Source: Octopus sinensis
Lineage: Eukaryota
Assembly: GCF_006345805.1 (NCBI RefSeq)
Contig: NC_042998.1
Location: forward strand, 51,832,001-51,896,000
DNA: 64,000 bases
Direction of reading: 5' to 3'
The translations under genes and the position numbers were made by a program. Shown here piece after piece: positions 39,135-53,395 of this stretch. Each line of letters begins with the position of its first letter. Within the stretch, counting starts at the first letter, position 1. The notes under the pieces were generated by a model that saw only the letters and a program-made list of their open reading frames with translations, did not search any database and had not been told where the DNA came from.

Positions 39135-39382
39135 TGCACATTGATTGTTGGGGATTTTTCCTTATCTTTCCTTCTTTCTCTTTGGACTTGTCTCTTTCCA
39201 CTGAAAGGCTATGCTTGAAATGGCAGCTTTCTCCTTTCACCAACCATCAAATTATTTCTTGTGCATGTCTTCATGTTCGTTTTTTTCCTTTTTTCCCTAT
39301 TTTTTTAATTGCTTGTTCTTTGAATTGCCTATATATATATTCATATATATATATATGCATATGCATATATGTATATATGCAT

Positions 39383-39412
<30 letters not shown>

Positions 39413-39415
<3 letters not shown>

Positions 39416-42080
39416 TCTAGGTCGAGAGGGGACTTTGACCAGATCTGTGGCTGGTGCAAAGTCCCCTCTCGACCTAGAATAACGTGGTGGTGGAGCAATA
39501 TTGTAGACAGGGCTATTAGAGAAAAGAGACAGGCTTGGAAGGTCTGGAAAAATGGGGGTAGCAGAGAATTGTATCAGACTGCCAAAAGAGAAGCTAGGAG
39601 ACAGGTTTATTTAGCCAGAGGGGAAGCAGATAAGAAAAAATTTGCCAATGTTCTGCGCTGTGAGGACCAAAGACTGGAGGTGTTTCGCGTTGCAAGACAG
39701 TGTGTGAGAGAGAATCGTGATGTGGTAGGAGAGAAGTGTGTTCGCATGGAAGATGGTTCACTTGCACTAAATGAGGATGCAAAGAGAGAGGTTTGGAGAT
39801 GCCACTATGAAAGATTGCTGAATAAAGAAAATGAATGGGATAAAGAGAGTCTGCTGAACGTTGACCCAACAGAGGGACCAGCTATCCGAGTTGATAGTTC
39901 CTTGGTAGTTAAGGCAATTAGAAGCATGAAGACAGGGAAAGCCCCAGGCCCATCAGGAATCACTGCAGAGATGCTCAAAATGTCTGGTAGTGTCGGCTAT
40001 AGCCTAGTCACCCGTATAGTTAATCAGGTGATACACAAACGAGTCATACCCAATGACTGGTGTAGCAGCATAATAGTCAACTGCTACAAAGGTAAAGGTG
40101 ACGCCCTAGATACAAATAATTACAGAGGAATCAAGCTGTTGGATCAGGTGATGAAGGTCACGGAGAGGGTCATAGCCCAACTAATTAGAGAGAGAGTTAG
40201 TTTAGATGAGATGCAGTTTGGGTTTGTGCCAGGGAAAAGTACCACTGATGCTATATTCCTGGTAAGGCAGCTGCAGGAGAAATACCTAGCCAAAGATAAG
40301 CCCCTGTACCTGGCTTTTGTTGACATGGAGAAAGCCTTCGACAGGGTCCCCCGATCCCTTATCTGGTGGTCAATGAGGAAACTAGGGATAGATGAATGGT
40401 TAGTGAGAGCTGTGCGGGCCATGTACAGGGACGCTGCTAGTAAGGCGAGGGTTGGCAACGAGTACAGTGAAGAATTCCGGGTAGAGGTAGGGGTCCACCA
40501 AAGCTCAGTCCTCAGCCCCCTCCTATTTATCATAGTCCTCCAGGCAATAACGGAGGAATTCAAGACAGGATGCCCTTGGGAGCTCCTCTATGCTGATGAC
40601 CTTGCTCTAATTGCTGAGTCGCTATCAGAACTGGAGGAGAAGTTTCAGGTGTGGAAACAAGGATTAGAATCGAAGGGCCTTAGAGTCAATCTAGCTAAAA
40701 CCAAAGTCGTAATCAGTAGGAAGGTAGACAAATCACAAACGCCTTCAGGTAGATGGCCCTGCTCGATCTGTAGAAAAGGTGTAGGTAGAAACTCTATAAG
40801 ATGCACCAAGTGTAAGCTATGGACACATAAGAGGTGCAGCAATGTCAAAGGAAGGCTAACTAGGAAGATGGTTTTTGTATGTGGCAGATGCTCAGGAACA
40901 ATAAACACTGAAAATGCTCTGAGACCAACTTCCGTCACTTTCCAGGGAGAAAAACTAGAAATAGTTGATAGTTTCCGTTACCTAGGTGACCAAGTCAGCA
41001 GCGGGGGTAGGTGTGCTGAAAGTGTAACTGCTAGAGTAAGAATAGCTTGAGCAAAGTTCAGAGAGCTCTTACCTCTGCTGGTGACAAAAGGCCTCTCGCA
41101 CAGAGTAAAAGGCAGACTGTATGATGCGTGTGTACAAACAGCCTTGCTACATGGCGGTGAAACATGGGCCGTGACTGCTGAGGATATGCGTAAGCTCGCA
41201 AGAAATGAAGCCAGTATGCTCCAATGGATGTGTAATGTCAGTACTCATACTCGGCAGAGTGTAAGTACCTTGAGAGAAAAGCTGGACCTAAGAAGCATCA
41301 ATTGTGGTGTGCAAGAGAGATGTTTGCGCTGGTATGGGCATGTGGCGAGAATGGATGAAGATAGTTGTGTGAAAAAGTGCCACACCCTAGCGGTTGAGGG
41401 AACCTGTGGAAGAGGCAGACCCAGGAAAACCTGGGACGAGGTGGTGAAGCACGACCTTCGAACTTTAGGTCTCACTGAGGAAATGACTAGAGATCGAGAC
41501 CTCTGGAAGTGTGCTGTGCGCAAGAAGACCCAGCAGGACAAGTGAGACCATAACCCGTGGCCTTCTATATGGGATGGAGCCAGCCTACGTATGCATACCT
41601 TCCCTTCTTGGGACACAAAACTCTACTTGTGAAAACCTGTTGCGGCAAGTGAGGATCAGAATCAAAATCGATCAATGGAAATTGCAGATGTGTTACCAAT
41701 GCCGGTGGCATGTAAGAGAACCATCCATTCGTGACCGTTGCCAGCGCCGCCCCGACTGGCCTCGTGCCGGTGGCACGTAAAAAGCACCATCCGTTCGTGT
41801 CCGTTGCCAGCCTTGCCTGGCCCCCGTGCCAGTGGCACATAAAAAGCACCATCCGTTTGTGGCCGTTTGCCAGCTCTGTCTGGCACCTGTGCGGGTGGCA
41901 CGTAAAAAGCACCCACTACACTCATGGAGTGGTTGGCATTAGGAAGGGCATCCAGCCGTAGAAACACTGCCAGATCTGACTAAGCCTGATGAAGCCTTCC
42001 AGCTTCACAGATCCCAGTTGAACCGTCCAACCCATGCTAGCATGGAAAACGGATGCTAAACGATGATGATGATGATGATG

Positions 42081-42081
<1 letters not shown>
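39413..42081 (+). mobile_element. Young 5'-truncated RTE-clade LINE with long 3' UTR and (GAT)n tail, inserted in (TA)n
   Basis: ORF2 from about 39443 to 41545 in one frame; UTR with ~60-bp repeats and CCATGCTAGCATGG palindrome; (GAT)n at 42062-42081. Confidence 0.97.
39443..41545 (+). pseudogene. RTE ORF2 reverse transcriptase (no AP endonuclease; one nonsense codon)
   Basis: KAPGPSGI, NYRGIKLL, QFGF, FVDMEKAFDRV, GVHQSSVLSP, LLYADD, FRYLG, RWYGHV, GRGRPRKTW; ORFs 39569-41050 and 41081-41545 share a frame, separated by TGA 41048-41050 (probably W). Confidence 0.95.
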
Positions 42082-42122
<41 letters not shown>

Positions 42123-42153
42123 ATACATATATATGTGTTTGTATATAAATATA

Positions 42154-42194
<41 letters not shown>

Positions 42195-42346
42195 TATATT
42201 CTTTTATTTATCTCAGGCTATAGTAGAAGACACTTGCCCAAGGTGCCACGAAGTGGGACTTAACCCGGAACCATGTGGTTGGTAAGCAAGCTACTTACCA
42301 CACAGCCACTCTTGTGCCTATAATATATAGTTATATAATATATTTA

Positions 42347-42660
42347 CGAGGTGCATACAAAAAGTATCCTTGGGTGGGAGGTGATACTACTCTATCTATG
42401 CATGTAAGAAAATATTTGCACTGGTTAGGAATAAGCACTGATCAGTGCATATAATTTTAACAAAGGATTTCTGCATGAGGAGAATGTTGGCAAAGTTCAT
42501 CCCCAGGATGCTGGCAGAGCAGCAGAAGCAACTCTGCTTGGAAATCGCTCTGGACATGCTAGACTGTGCAACCCATGACCAGGACTTCATGAAGACCATC
42601 ATCACTAGTGATAAAACATGGGTCTGTGGTCTCTGCTTGATGCATTCAGTCATCATGCAT
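42347..42660 (+). mobile_element. Internally deleted mariner (5' TIR plus transposase fragment)
   Basis: TA|CGAGGTG start; AKFIPRMLAEQQKQ...FMKTIITSDKTWV corresponds to the mariner WVP and ITGDE.W motifs. Confidence 0.8.
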
Positions 42661-43779
42661 GAAGACGAAAATCTGATGAACGTGCCCTACATGTCTGTAC
42701 TCTAAGCATAACAGCCAGGAACTGACGTGGCCTACCAGCACAGTTTCCATGCATGTGTAAAAAGGGTAAAAGACACCATTTGTGTGATGATAAAACTGGA
42801 AACACTAACGCACATACAAACACACACACACTCACACATGCACACACACAGACACACACTCATACATGCTCACACATGCACACATACCTGCATGCACACA
42901 TGCACACACATATATATGTACATACATGTGCACATACATATGTACATTAGTACATGCATACACGCATGCATGCATGCATCCATCCATCCATCCATACATA
43001 CATACATACATACATACATAGTGGAGGCATATGGCTTAGTGGTAAGGGTGCTGGACTTATGATTGTAAGATTGTGGTTTCAATTCCTGGACTAGGTAATG
43101 TGTTGTGTTCTTGAACAGAACACTTCATTTCACATTGCTCCAGTCCACTCAGCTGGCAAAATTGAGTAATCCTGCAACAGACCCATGTCCCATCCATGTG
43201 GGGAATTTATATGCCATGAAAAAAAGAAACTGGCCGTTATGAATCGATATTACATGAGAAGGTAACTTTTCGTCTTTTCAGTTTCTATTGAATAAATCCC
43301 CTCACAAGGCTTTGGTTGGCAGAGCTATAATAAAAGACACTTGCCCAAGATGTTATGCAATGGGAATAAACTTAAAACCATGCACTTGGGAGTAAGCTTC
43401 TCATCCATGCAGTCTGACTGAAATAAGTCCTGGAGTTGATATGAGGGTGGTGCTCCAGCATAGCCACATCATCAGCATCATTGTTGTTTAATGTCTAGTT
43501 TCCATTCTGGCATGGGTTGGATGGTTTGACCAGAGCTGGCAAGCAGGAGAGCTGTATCAGGTTACAGTCTGATTTGACTTGGTTTCTACAGCTGGATGGC
43601 CTTCTTAATGCCAACTACTTTACAAAGGGTGCTAGGTGCTTTTTACGTGGCATCAGCACAAAAAATTTTTTTTAAAGGAAACGAATACCATAGAATGTAT
43701 GGTGTGTTAAATAATTTTCTTGTACACTTATTGCTGAACGTAGACCACTGCAGGATTAGTTTTAAGATTTTTACATATA

Positions 43780-44148
43780 CTAGCAGTACCGCACGTCGTT
43801 GCTCGGGTTTGTTTCGACCCTTTAGAATTAGAATTTTTGAAAAGTAAAAATTTTGCATTATGTAGCTTGTTATTCTCTTTTTTCTGATTGAAATACACTG
43901 AAAAAGGGAGACACAAAATCGCAAAAAACAGGGATTTTCATAGAAAAAAGCACCGTTTTGATGTAAATAATTTTTGGTATTAACATGGTCTGATTTGAAT
44001 TTTTTCTTCTACAGAAGGAAGAGCAAAACTTCTTCTATCATACTCTCAATTTTGGTCAACTTGCACCATAGGGTCTTTGAGGAGATAGTGTTAGTTGAAG
44101 GCTACCAAACCTGCCATACACAGACAACTTCAGCTTTATATATATAGA
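43780..44148 (-). mobile_element. Non-autonomous Helitron
   Basis: Minus strand begins TCTATATATATAAAG and ends CCCGAGCAACGAC...CTAG|T. Confidence 0.8.
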
Positions 44149-45819
44149 GAAAAACTATATGGTTTATTAATAATATCAACAGTTTGATTAAGAGAACATA
44201 TATGGTTCCAACAACACTGAAGTTGATTGAAATTGTCTTTCTGTTGAATGATTTCTCATGGGGTTATAACCCCAGAATTATTTTAGAGCAAGGCTAATTA
44301 TATACTTTTATATAGAATTAGTAACGTCAGCATACACTTGAAATCTCTTAAGTCATTCCTTATGTTAAGATTGTCTTTTGTTTATGGATCTGCTCAAGGT
44401 CAGCTTTTTTATAATACTATCTTAAGTTTCTCTTATTTAAATTTAGTTTTGAATTAAATCACGACTTAAAAATTGGGGATTCAAGTTGATTGAGAATTTC
44501 AAATTTATAACTTCTTCCCTTTTCCATTGTTGTTAGAAAAATCTCTATTTTTAAAAATTGTTGCTGTTGTGGATGATGATGATGAGTTTAAAATTTGATA
44601 ATAGTAATACTTAGATGCAAAAACAGGAAATAACTACTTATAGTTGAGGGATTTAATGGAAACAAGTATTTTCATTGAGATAAAATTGTCCAGTTAGTTA
44701 CCTTCGTTTGCTATATAACAATTCATCTCTGCAAGTTTGTAGTAGAGAGAAATTTTACATTGGTGAATACAACTTCATCTTTTCACCCTTTTCAAGCCTA
44801 GTCAGGCTCATAGGCCCGGTTTCCTGGTTTCTGTAGCGTCTGTGTTCCCCCCAGCTAGACGGGATGCCAGTCCATCGCAGTGTTAGCCAAGAAACAGGAA
44901 GAAAGAGTGAGAGAAAGTTGGGATGAAAGAGTACAACAGGGGTCGTCACCACCCCCTGCCAGAGCCTCATGGAGCTTTTAGATGTTTTCGCTCAATAAAC
45001 ACACACAATGCCTGGTCTGGGAATTGAAACTGCGATTCTCTGACCGCGAGTCCCTGCCCTAACCACTGGGTCATTGAATACAACTTATTAGATGCTAATA
45101 GGCTTTGATTAAGAACTGTGTAGTTGTGATACTGTATTTTCCAGCTTACAAATTGATGTATATAATGCAAACATGTAGTATAAACATTAAAACCGCATCA
45201 CTATCTTTAAAAATCTTGCAGCATTTCCCAAGGAATTTTTTGTCTCCAAACTTGTCTCAGTGTATAAGTTGAGCTACTTTTTTTGGTTGTAAACCTTGGT
45301 CTAAAAAATTCAACTTATGCTGGAAAATATGGTCTGTACATCAGTTTCTTCATATTAGGAGTTAATTACCTTTTGGTGAACACATGGGAATTAGATTTTC
45401 TTGAATGCTCCTTATTGATGAAAACATAGATTTTCTAAATGATTAAATCTGGTCAAAAATATGGAATACTTTGCAGAATCTTTAGTAGTATGGGGACAAC
45501 TTTTCACATGTTTCATTCTTATTGGATCTCCATAGTAAAGCATAACCAAACCTTTATTGTAGATCTTAGAAAGGCTACGGAACTAAAGTTCTGTGAGTGT
45601 ACAACCAAAAATTAGATTCATTTTCCAATGCATTTCATATTTAATTAATTTTAACTAATTACAATACTGGAGTTGTCTTACCTTTTTGTTATTATTATTA
45701 TTTTTTTAGCTGAGTTAGTAATTTAGAAAAGGATTTTTTTCATCACAGAGGGTATCATTCTAATTCTTTCCAATTTTAGCTCAAGGTCAGGTAATTTTGA
45801 GGAAAGAGAAAACCGGAGC

Positions 45820-46085
45820 AAGAAAAAGACATCTGGGGGAAAGAACTGCATAGTCAGCATCTCAGATAAATGCAGGATGTCACAGAAGATGAGCTTTGGT
45901 CATTGCTGGGGAACTGGGGAATGGAGAACTTAAGAAATAAATGGACGGATCCATAATGGTTGTTCAAAGTCAGTCATTGCAGTCAGATATCATAAAGCAA
46001 AAATAGACAAAACTGTGAAATGTGCAAAGTGCAGAGTATGTAATGAGACAGAGGAATTTATAAGCATTCTGTCCAGCGTGCCAGC
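45820..46085 (+). mobile_element. RLE-type LINE fragment (CCHC zinc-knuckle region)
   Basis: W..K.LH.Q-like start and IKAKIDKTVKCAKCRVCNETEEFISILS, with frameshifts. Confidence 0.65.
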
Positions 46086-49000
46086 TTGCTGCCTTAATAA
46101 TAACAACAACAATAATAATAATGTTTTTCTAATTTTAGCACAAGGCCAGCGATTTTAATTACTCAACTGATACTTATTTTATAGACTCAAAATGATGAAA
46201 GCAAAGTCTGCCTCAGTGGAATTTGATCTCAAAATGTAAAGAGTTAGAGGAAATGCCACTAAAAATTTTGTCCAGAACAATATTGGTTCTGCCAGCTCAC
46301 TACTTTCCATAAAGAATAAAAAATTTCTTGACTAACTACATCAATTATTCTAGTGGCCACTTTACTATTAAGTTCTTATGCAGCAGGTGACCCTGAGCAT
46401 ATTTTCACAGTCATTGTTGTAATGATAAAGTGTCCACATTCTAACAGGAGTGAAAAGATAAACGTTAAAAATGAATTAGTTCTTTTTGTCAATAATTTTG
46501 TTGACTGCTTGGCAAGTATACCAAGTTGAAAGGGTCATTGCCACTGCTTGTTTTGGCATGTAAAATATCACAAAATATCAGGAATGTCAGTTTAACATGA
46601 CATAGTGTCAAATACTGAAATAGCTGATGTAAGTTCAATCTATACCTGTGCTTGTGGTTTGAAATAGCTCCCCTTTCAGTTATAATATATTTATCAAAGA
46701 TGTTTAAGTGACTGCATAGTATAGTTAAAGCAGTATCTCTTTGACTATCAAGAATAACTGTTTAACTTAACATAGAATCAAATGCTGAAACGGCAGAGGT
46801 TCAATCCCTGCTTGTGAATGAGATTTGAATTAGTTTGTTTTTGAGTTCTGATGTAGTAATTAAAGATATTAAAGTGACTGAAGATTTGAAGCCCTGGTTC
46901 TTTGATCATCACGAATATCAGTTTAGCATATAAACTGACCTTATCTGGCCCAAATATTCTACCCACTTTATGTTCAAACTGACCAGATCTAACTGTGCAC
47001 ATCTATTCTACAATGTTATTCTAAAAACAAACAATCACATCACTAAAATCTCAAATCTACGAGCTAATGCATGATTAATGTTGTGTTGACGCCCCCCCAC
47101 CAGACGATGAAGTAGACTAGCCCAATATGTAGATATAGAGGGACAAGTCTAGACGTCGAGAGCACAGACTAGGAGTGGTAGAGTAGAGCAGATTTGAGTA
47201 GCAGTCATCCGAACGTGCAACATACCAATTAATTTAAAGCAAATACCACAGTATATAGTGTTCTAACAATACATACACATTAAGTTGGATATAAAATTTG
47301 CCTTTCAGTATTGATACAGCTTCTGTCACTAATGTTTTTCAATATGCCTAGGCATTAGGAAGGGCATCCAGCCATAGAAACATTGCCAGATCAGACTCGG
47401 CCTGGTGCAGCCTTCTGGCCTCCCAGACCCCAGTTGAACCGTCCAACCCATGCTAGCATGGAAAGCGGATGCTAAATGATGATGATGATGATGATGATGA
47501 TGATGCCTACTGGTAATGTGAAACATCAATGACTGAAAAGACACAGTTATTCTATATAAATTGTTGGTAGTGAGATTTCGGAATCAAAACCACACTCTTG
47601 CAATCATAAGTCCAACACTACCCTAACCACTAAACCTCATACCTCCACATGAGACCATACAGTAGATCTTAATGTGTGTGCTGTGTCCCTCCATTTGAAG
47701 TTGAATAGTTATCGTAGGATGGTGCTTTCAGAACCAACTTTCAATTTAGTGTTTTCAATGTGTTTCTTAAAGGAGAGAGTGTGGTCTAAAGTAACTCTAA
47801 GGTAGACAGGGTAGGTACAATGGGTATACCCACAGGGTGTCTGCTCCAGTGATGTTCTAGGTTATTTGATGTTAAGAGTCAGTTGGCTTCATGAGTCCTG
47901 ATGTGGAACAAGCAAACATTCCCATCAAAACTTCAACCAAATGCAAGCATTACAGGCCAGACGTTGTTGTTTGGGTTGGGATAGATAAGAAAAAAAAGGA
48001 TGTATTATCATGGAAGTCAGCTGCCATGCTGAGATGAATATCTCTTTGAAATCAAAGAGAAACAGGATAACTATAGACAAATGCTTCAAAACTGTTAACT
48101 TCTATACCCAGATCATTAAATTCACATTTGTACTAATGATAGTTAGTGCACTTCGTTTTATAAATAAGTATACAAGTAACAATTTGAAAAAGCTAGGGTT
48201 TCAAGAAAAGAAGTCAACCAGCTAACATTCACATTACAAATACAATCTGTAAGTGGAACAGTAAAAATATGCAAGACTTGCTCCATTTCAAAATTTGACA
48301 TGGTTTTATTATCTTTTATTCAAATGATCGGTGCTTTGTATCTTCATTAGAGACCCACTCCTTCTTTAGTAGCAGACTTCAGATAATTAAAACGGAAGAG
48401 AACATACGTATTTATATCATATATTTGTTTGTATATGTATATGTGTATGCGTGTGTGTGTGTGTATGTACACATACATATATATATGTGCAAATATATAT
48501 AAGAAATGTAGCTAAGTTCTCAAGTTGGGGTGAATGACACGTAAAGAAGGCACTAAGATGCATATTGAGTTGATCTAAAGTCATTCTACAGTATTTTTGT
48601 TTTGTATTTAAAACTAAAAGCTCAAGAAAAATACAGTTTTATAGGCAGCGTGTAATAGTTATTTTCTATTAAAAAATCATAATATCATAAAATATGTGTC
48701 ATTTCATAACTTAACACTTTAAATGTAAAGTGAATACATTCATATATGATATATATTAGTAATATATAAATGGGAACTAGCAAAAATAATGCTTAACAAG
48801 TGAAAACTAATAACAGACCGGTTAAGTTAAATTGAAGTATGAAGCATTTGTCTTTTGGAGTAAATGTGCTATCCATTACACCATTATATATGTAGTTTAA
48901 CATTTCTTGACTTCAACATTAATCATACAGACATATACAGGCATTTCATCTGCAGTATCAAGCAATAACCAAAGACAAATGTAAAATTCATAGATTCTTA

Positions 49001-49147
49001 GACTTTTTTTCTCACCAGTGTTTGGCAGTGGAAGATATTATCCTATTGAATTGGTGCATAGGTACCTATTAACCCTTATATATGTGTGCATGTGTGTGTG
49101 TGTATTTGTGAGTGTATGTGTGAGTGTGTGTATACATACATACATAC

Positions 49148-49259
<112 letters not shown>

Positions 49260-49950
49260 TATATATATGTATATGTGTGTATGCATATTTGTATGTTTAT
49301 ATATAAGTATGTGTATGTCATTGTTCAGTTTTATTTCAAAATTTCTTGCCAGTAGAGAAAGAGCCAGTTTCTAACCTAGATTCAAGATACCTTCATTGGA
49401 ATTTCACCATCAACAACAGGGTAGGGGTATGTATGTATGTATGTATGTATGTGTATGTTTTGCTTTATGTATGTATTCTCATGCATATAGTTGCATATCT
49501 AGACATGCTCATATATATTTAAATGATAAATATGTATGTATGTATTGAAAAAGAAAAAAAAAACTGAAAGACAATATGTGTATTTCTAAGTAGCTACCAG
49601 CTTCAGTCATTTAACATGACCTCTTCATACAGAAATAAAATAGAAGACAACATTGAAAGGAATTAAATTGCACTTCCATAATATCAGTTCTGGAAGTTCA
49701 CACATTTTTTTTCTAATGATCACATGGTAATGTATTTCATTTCCTTCTTCCTTCAACACTCAAGAAAATCTGAAATAACCAACCCCATGTGATCTTTATA
49801 AAAAACAAAAAATATGTAAGATTCCAGAATTGATATAGTGGAAGTTTAATTTAATTTCTTTCAATATTGTTTTACATTTTATTCCATTATGAAGGGGTCC
49901 TCTTACATGACCGAAACTGGTAGCTGTTTAGTTACAAAAATATATATATA

Positions 49951-50350
49951 CTAGCAGTATCGCCCGGCGTTGCTCGGGTTTGTAAGGGAAATAACTATAT
50001 AAGCATTTTTAGAGAGTTATAGCAAAAAAATAGCAAAAAAATGCATCAAAAATGGAATAAAAAATGATGGTAATTTTTTTTTTAAATCGTTGACTCATCG
50101 TAGACATTTTTAGAGAGTTACTTCCCTTATATAATAGCGAAAAAATGCATTAAAATGGAAAAAATTATGGTAATTTTTTTTAAATCGTAGACTCATCGTA
50201 GATGCGCGCTAATACCCAGAAGGGCTCGATATGAATCACGACTATAAGATACCCAGTTTTGGTTAAACTGCACCGCAAAATGTGGGAGTAGTTAGGAATC
50301 TAAATCGTAGGAGACAGACACTCACACAACTTCACTTTTATATATATAGA
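49951..50350 (-). mobile_element. Complete 400-bp non-autonomous Helitron
   Basis: A|TC 5' end at 50350, subterminal hairpin CCCGAGCAACGCCGGG and CTAG|T 3' end at 49951; AT target, no TSD. Confidence 0.9.
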
Positions 50351-51433
50351 TATATTGTCCTTCTGTTTTGCATTATAGATTTCTCTAGGAATTTTCTACT
50401 TGTATTTTATATCATTTACTTGCTTCAGTCACTTGACTACGACCATGCTGGAGCACTGTCTTGAAGAAGTTCAGAGGAATGAATTGACTCCAGTACTTCT
50501 TGTCTTTTTATGCCTGATATTCTATTGATCTTGTTTTGCCAAACTGTTAAGTTACGGAGATGCAGGCACACCAACACTAGAAAGCTCAATACCCTAACCA
50601 CTGAGTTATGTGCCTTCACTATTAACATAGGCACACAGACAAACACACACACACCATTATCACTATCACCATCATCAGTCATCATCATCATAATCATCAT
50701 CCTCATCATCATCATCATCACCAGCACCAGCACCAGCACCACCACCAACACCACCACCAGCACCACCACCAGCACCACCACCAGCACCACCACCACCAGC
50801 ACCAGCACCACCACCACCACCACCGCCGCTGCTTTGGCATGGTCTACACTACGGAATGTACACCCTAACACCAACCACTTAACAAAGTTTACTGGGTGCT
50901 TTTTACATGGCACTAGCACCTGTAGGATTCCAAATAACTTTCAAGACAACAATCTTAACAGAATGAAGTATTATTGAGGGAGATGGTTTTGTGCCACATG
51001 ATGAGAATTTAGAGTAAAATAGAAAGACAGAAACAGGTATCTTGCTGTAGAAGAGATACATGATGGCCATCCCATGAAGAGTACATTAAACAATATAGTT
51101 TGAATTTAGACTAAGTCTGTGTCTACTTGTTTGTGCATACCCTTGTTTTGACATGGCTGTAAATGAGTGTCCCTGTTATATAAGCAATGTTGTTTGTTCC
51201 ATTCATCCATGAAAAATATGCCTGGCCATGGAGAAATATCACCTCACTTGGAAACTCTAAAGTCCTGTCAAAAATCTCAGTTAAGAAGAGCATTGAGCAG
51301 TATAGGTCAAGCAAAAGAAAGCAGTAGAGCTTGGCCCAGTCTTCTAGCTTGCCAGCTCCGGTCAAACTGACCAACCCATGCCAGCATGGACAGCAGATGT
51401 TGAATAAAAATGACAATATAATTTCTAGGTATA

Positions 51434-51629
51434 TGAGGGGGGTACTGAAGAGTTCCTGACCTTATATAAAAGAAAATATTGGATTCAACATATTCCCCTC
51501 TCAGATGCAAACATTTATTGCAGTGGTCCTTCAGTTTTTCTAAGCCCTGTAAAAAAACTTGGAAGGTTGGGCCTCCAGCCAGGCCTTTGATGATACCCTT
51601 AAAGCCAGGAACTTTTCAGTACTCCCTCA
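51434..51629. mobile_element. Mariner-derived MITE
   Basis: TA|TGAGGGGGGTACTGAAGAGTTCCTG...CAGGAACTTTTCAGTACTCCCTCA|TA; relatives at about 30650-30870 and 35355-35560. Confidence 0.85.
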
Positions 51630-52265
51630 TAGATGGGTGTGGCTTGTGCATAATATAACTGCTATTTCTAGCAAGAGAGCAGGTAGAAGTTTCTTCATAT
51701 TCCTTTATATATATATAAATAGTGGCTTATATATATAAACTTGTGCTTATCAGGGTGGGTCCTTGATTTTTTTCTACTCCAACACAAAAAAACACAACAT
51801 GGTATTGATATAGTGCTAAATTCATAAAATATTGTCCAGTGTGGAAAGCCCTGTGGTTAGGGCTTACACTCTTGTAGCCAACAGTATGTGGATATGCCCT
51901 GATGTTACATGAATTAGTACCTCTATCTCAGGATTATGCAGGCCCTGTGCCTCGAAAAGTAAGCTCAGAAAGTAACAGGGGATCATATCTGTGAATTTCC
52001 AAAGAAATACCATGAACCTTCATGACAAAATATCTGGTAGCAGTTTTGCATCCTTAAGCCAACCCTTACTTGAAAACTGTAAGGATTGGCATCAGAAAGA
52101 GCCTCAGGTTGTAGAATACCACCTCAAGAAGTTTCATTCGAATAATACCAATATGAAAAAAGGAAACATGTAAAAATGACTGTGATGATAACTATAGCAT
52201 TGGTGGTGGCAGTCTTGGATATGATGACAATAATGATGGTGATGATAATGATGATGATGATGATT

Positions 52266-52324
<59 letters not shown>

Positions 52325-52841
52325 GATGATGATGATAGTTGTGGTGGTGGAGTGGTGGTGATAATAGTGATGATGATGATTATAAGGAGGAGGAGAAAAA
52401 TGATGGCTATGAAACATTTTATATTGTTAGTTATAAGGCATCAATCTAAAGCAATTATTGAATAATAGATTTGATAAATTATTGGGGATATAAAGATAAA
52501 ACACAATGAAATTGTTTTAAATTCAAAGAAAGAGATATTGGCATGCAAACTCGACTGAAATCCGAACACCTGGGGGCTATGTTTGTTCATTTAATGGATA
52601 AAAGTTTAAACGACGAAAATAAATAGATAAATAAATAGTTAAAAATATTGCTAAAGGAACAAATAGATTTAAAAGCAGTTTTCTTAACTATGCATTACAA
52701 TATCCAATAAAACTTACAGAGAACTAAACAATAATGGAATATTAACTTGTTCTTTTTCTGATTAGATGTATTTATCTTTAGTTGTTTTTATAATTGTTAT
52801 ATATACACTGAAAAGCCTTTGTATTGAGTTACATAATGTAG

Positions 52842-52897
<56 letters not shown>

Positions 52898-53019
52898 TAT
52901 AATAATAATAATAATTTGTCACAAGGGCTAAACACAAACTAAATTGGAATGATGTGAGACAAGGAACAAGTGGGGTTAAGCACTGTATTCGCATACAAAA
53001 TAAATAACAATATACAATT

Positions 53020-53395
53020 AACAACAAAATTTAAGCTATAAAAAACAATGAAATTCTCCAAAGGCTAATAGACCAGATATAGTTGTCAGAGATCATAAAA
53101 GGCTAATAGAGTGGATATAGTTGTCAGAGATCATGAAAGAAAAAAATGCCTTCTAATCAACTTATCAATCCCAACAGACGACAATGTATCTCTAAAAAAA
53201 AAAAAATGGAGAAACTCTCAAAATACAAAGATCTGGAAATGGAGATAACCCAAATGTGGAGCCTAGAAACAGAAACAATCCCTTTGATAATAGGTGCTTT
53301 AGGTATGATTAAAAGATATACAAACAAATATATAGGCAAAACACCAGGACTTACAAATATATATAACATACAGAAAATAGCACTACTAGGCACTG
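53020..53395 (+). mobile_element. RLE-type LINE endonuclease fragment
   Basis: ANRPDIVVRDH (tandemly duplicated, about 39 bp), KLSKYKDLEMEITQMW, IPLIIGALG, IQKIALLGT; 3' tail at 53590-53740. Confidence 0.85.

Noticed and set aside
45477-45592. 116-nt plus-strand exon candidate (CAG|...|GTGAGT) with one open frame
   Set aside because: Weak pyrimidine tract and unrecognised peptide; expected by chance in 64 kb.
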